Assembly: GCA_963723785.1 (NCBI GenBank)
Contig: CAVRSB010000019.1
Span: forward strand, 8,459 to 72,458
Reading direction: 5' to 3'
Source of the DNA: an uncultured Actinomycetes bacterium
Lineage (GTDB): Bacteria; Actinomycetota; Thermoleophilia; Gaiellales; JAICJC01
Length of the DNA: 64,000 nucleotides
Part shown: one piece after another, positions 62,689-64,000 of the stretch
How the letters are laid out: every line of letters starts with the position of its first letter
Position numbering within the stretch: the stretch's first letter is position 1
Program-made: the position numbers and the translations under genes
Notes under the pieces: model-generated
Told to the model about the DNA's origin: nothing
What the model saw: the letters and a program-made list of their open reading frames with translations, nothing else
Databases searched by the model: none

Positions 62689-63639
62689 CTAACGCTCAAT
62701 CTCTAGTAGAGCTTTAGATTCCGGATTATGGGCTCTTCCAACAAGCTCTGACACGGTTGTCAGTTTGCGTCGTGCCAGCTCGAGGGTCATCTGCCCCAGG
62801 ATCTCGACTGGCAGGAAGGGGTTTCCAAACAGTGCTGTGCCGACGCCCACAATGGCCGCGCCTGCAGCGAGATATTCGACCACGTCGGCGGCTGACGCCA
62901 CGCCTCCCATGCCCGCCACCGGGAGTCCGGTGCACTCGAAAACGCGGTGAACCGCGTGCAGACCGACGGGTTTGATCGCCGGTCCGGACAACCCTCCCCC
63001 GCCGCCGCCGAGCAGTGGCTGCAAGGTCTCGCGGTCGAGGGCGATTCCCCGCAACGTGTTCACGACCACCAAACCCGCTGCTCCGCCGTCGGCAGCCGCC
63101 TCGGCAATGGCGCCGATGTCGGCCACGTTCGGGGAGAGCTTGACGAGCACCGGCAGGTCGGTCTCGCCGCGGCAGCGTTCGACCAGTGCCCGGGTCTCTG
63201 CGGCGTCCGTCCCGATCGAGATGCATCCACTCTCAACGTTGGGACAGGAGACGTTCAGCTCGATCGCGCGCACGCTCGCGTTCGCCGCGATGCGGGCGAC
63301 CACCACTGCATACTCGTGCGGCGACCATCCGCCCACGCTGACGATCAAGGGCACTCCCAGCTCCGCCAGGCGCGGCAGGGCGTGGTCACAGAACCTGTCA
63401 ACTCCGGGATTCGCCAGGCCGATCGAGTTGATCATGCCGCTGGGAGTCTCGGCGATCCGCGGCGGCGGGTTGCCCTCACGCGGGTTGAGCGTGACCGTCT
63501 TGCTGACAAACGCGCCCAGGCCGAGCGTGCCGGCGATCAACGCGTCCAGGGTGCCCGAGCCGTTGATCAAGGGGTTGTCGAGCTCGATACCGCAGAACTC
63601 GGTCGCGAGCGTGGCCGCCGAGGTGTCAGGCGAGGACAC
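62689..63639 (-). CDS. pyrD: Dihydroorotate dehydrogenase B catalytic subunit
   Basis: NPLINGSGT, KTVT..PREGNPPPRI.E, NSIGLANPG, ELNVSCPN, VKLSPN, GGLSGPAIKP. Confidence 0.94.
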   Translation of the reverse strand: MSSPDTSAATLATEFCGIELDNPLINGSGTLDALIAGTLGLGAFVSKTVTLNPREGNPPPRIAETPSGMINSIGLANPGVDRFCDHALPRLAELGVPLIVSVGGWSPHEYAVVVARIAANASVRAIELNVSCPNVESGCISIGTDAAETRALVERCRGETDLPVLVKLSPNVADIGAIAEAAADGGAAGLVVVNTLRGIALDRETLQPLLGGGGGGLSGPAIKPVGLHAVHRVFECTGLPVAGMGGVASAADVVEYLAAGAAIVGVGTALFGNPFLPVEILGQMTLELARRKLTTVSELVGRAHNPESKALLEIER

Positions 63640-64000
63640 GGCCGGCCTCCAGCACGGGACCTTCGACGCACAGCCGCTTGAGTTCGCCGTCGATTCGTAC
63701 GGCACACCCGTAGCAGGCCCCGAACCCACACGCCATGGGAGCCTCCATGGCCAGTCGGCAGTTGACCCTGTGCTCGGCGCACATGCGCGCCACCGCGTGC
63801 AGCATCGGGTCGGGGCCGCAGGCGTACACGGTTGCCGTTGGATCAAGCACGGCGGCCAGTGGCTCGGTTACCGGCGTGGGATCCAGCACCACCGTCGCAC
63901 CCGGGTCGACCAAGGGGGCGCAGACCGCGTGTGCCTCTGAACGGAACCCCAGAACCGTGGTCACCGAGCGGTCAACTCCCAAGCGGAGGCGCAGGTAGGG
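63626..64000 (-). CDS. pyrK: Dihydroorotate dehydrogenase electron transfer subunit (5' end outside the window)
   Basis: YACGP..ML, [2Fe-2S] motif EAPMACGFGACYGC...RLC.EGPV. Confidence 0.92.
   Translation of the reverse strand, partial: PYLRLRLGVDRSVTTVLGFRSEAHAVCAPLVDPGATVVLDPTPVTEPLAAVLDPTATVYACGPDPMLHAVARMCAEHRVNCRLAMEAPMACGFGACYGCAVRIDGELKRLCVEGPVLEAGRVLA

Overview
High-GC (about two-thirds G+C by eye) actinobacterial chromosome segment. Gene order (recA-recX-rny, rimP-nusA-ylxR-infB-ylxP-rbfA-nrnA-truB-ribF, rpsO-pnp, pyrK-pyrD-mIHF-gmk-rpoZ-coaBC, dapL) suggests a deep-branching lineage such as Thermoleophilia; this placement is an inference. Most genes are on the minus strand. About 20 genes, many of them essential, carry single-base frameshifts, which points to an unpolished long-read assembly. 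Several long ORF-track fusions (dapL-hflX, dapA-rnj, membrane protein-dapF, amidohydrolase-dioxygenase) are therefore artefacts. One accessory catabolic island (~6.65-18.9 kb) encodes a formaldehyde-activating-enzyme (Fae) homologue, two class III-like Zn alcohol dehydrogenases, an enolase-superfamily enzyme, a Tat-exported ABC uptake system, a thiol dioxygenase, an amidohydrolase and a divergent LacI regulator with its operator. The other strong leads are a DapF with both catalytic cysteines replaced by serine, a ~160-nt rod-like ncRNA (6S-like candidate) between recX and rny, a GGTGCC-N-GGCACC palindromic repeat family whose arms supply stop or start codons to neighbouring genes, and a NusA ending in a C-X9-C-X10-C-X4-H zinc finger. 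I saw no rRNA, tRNA, CRISPR array or transposase.
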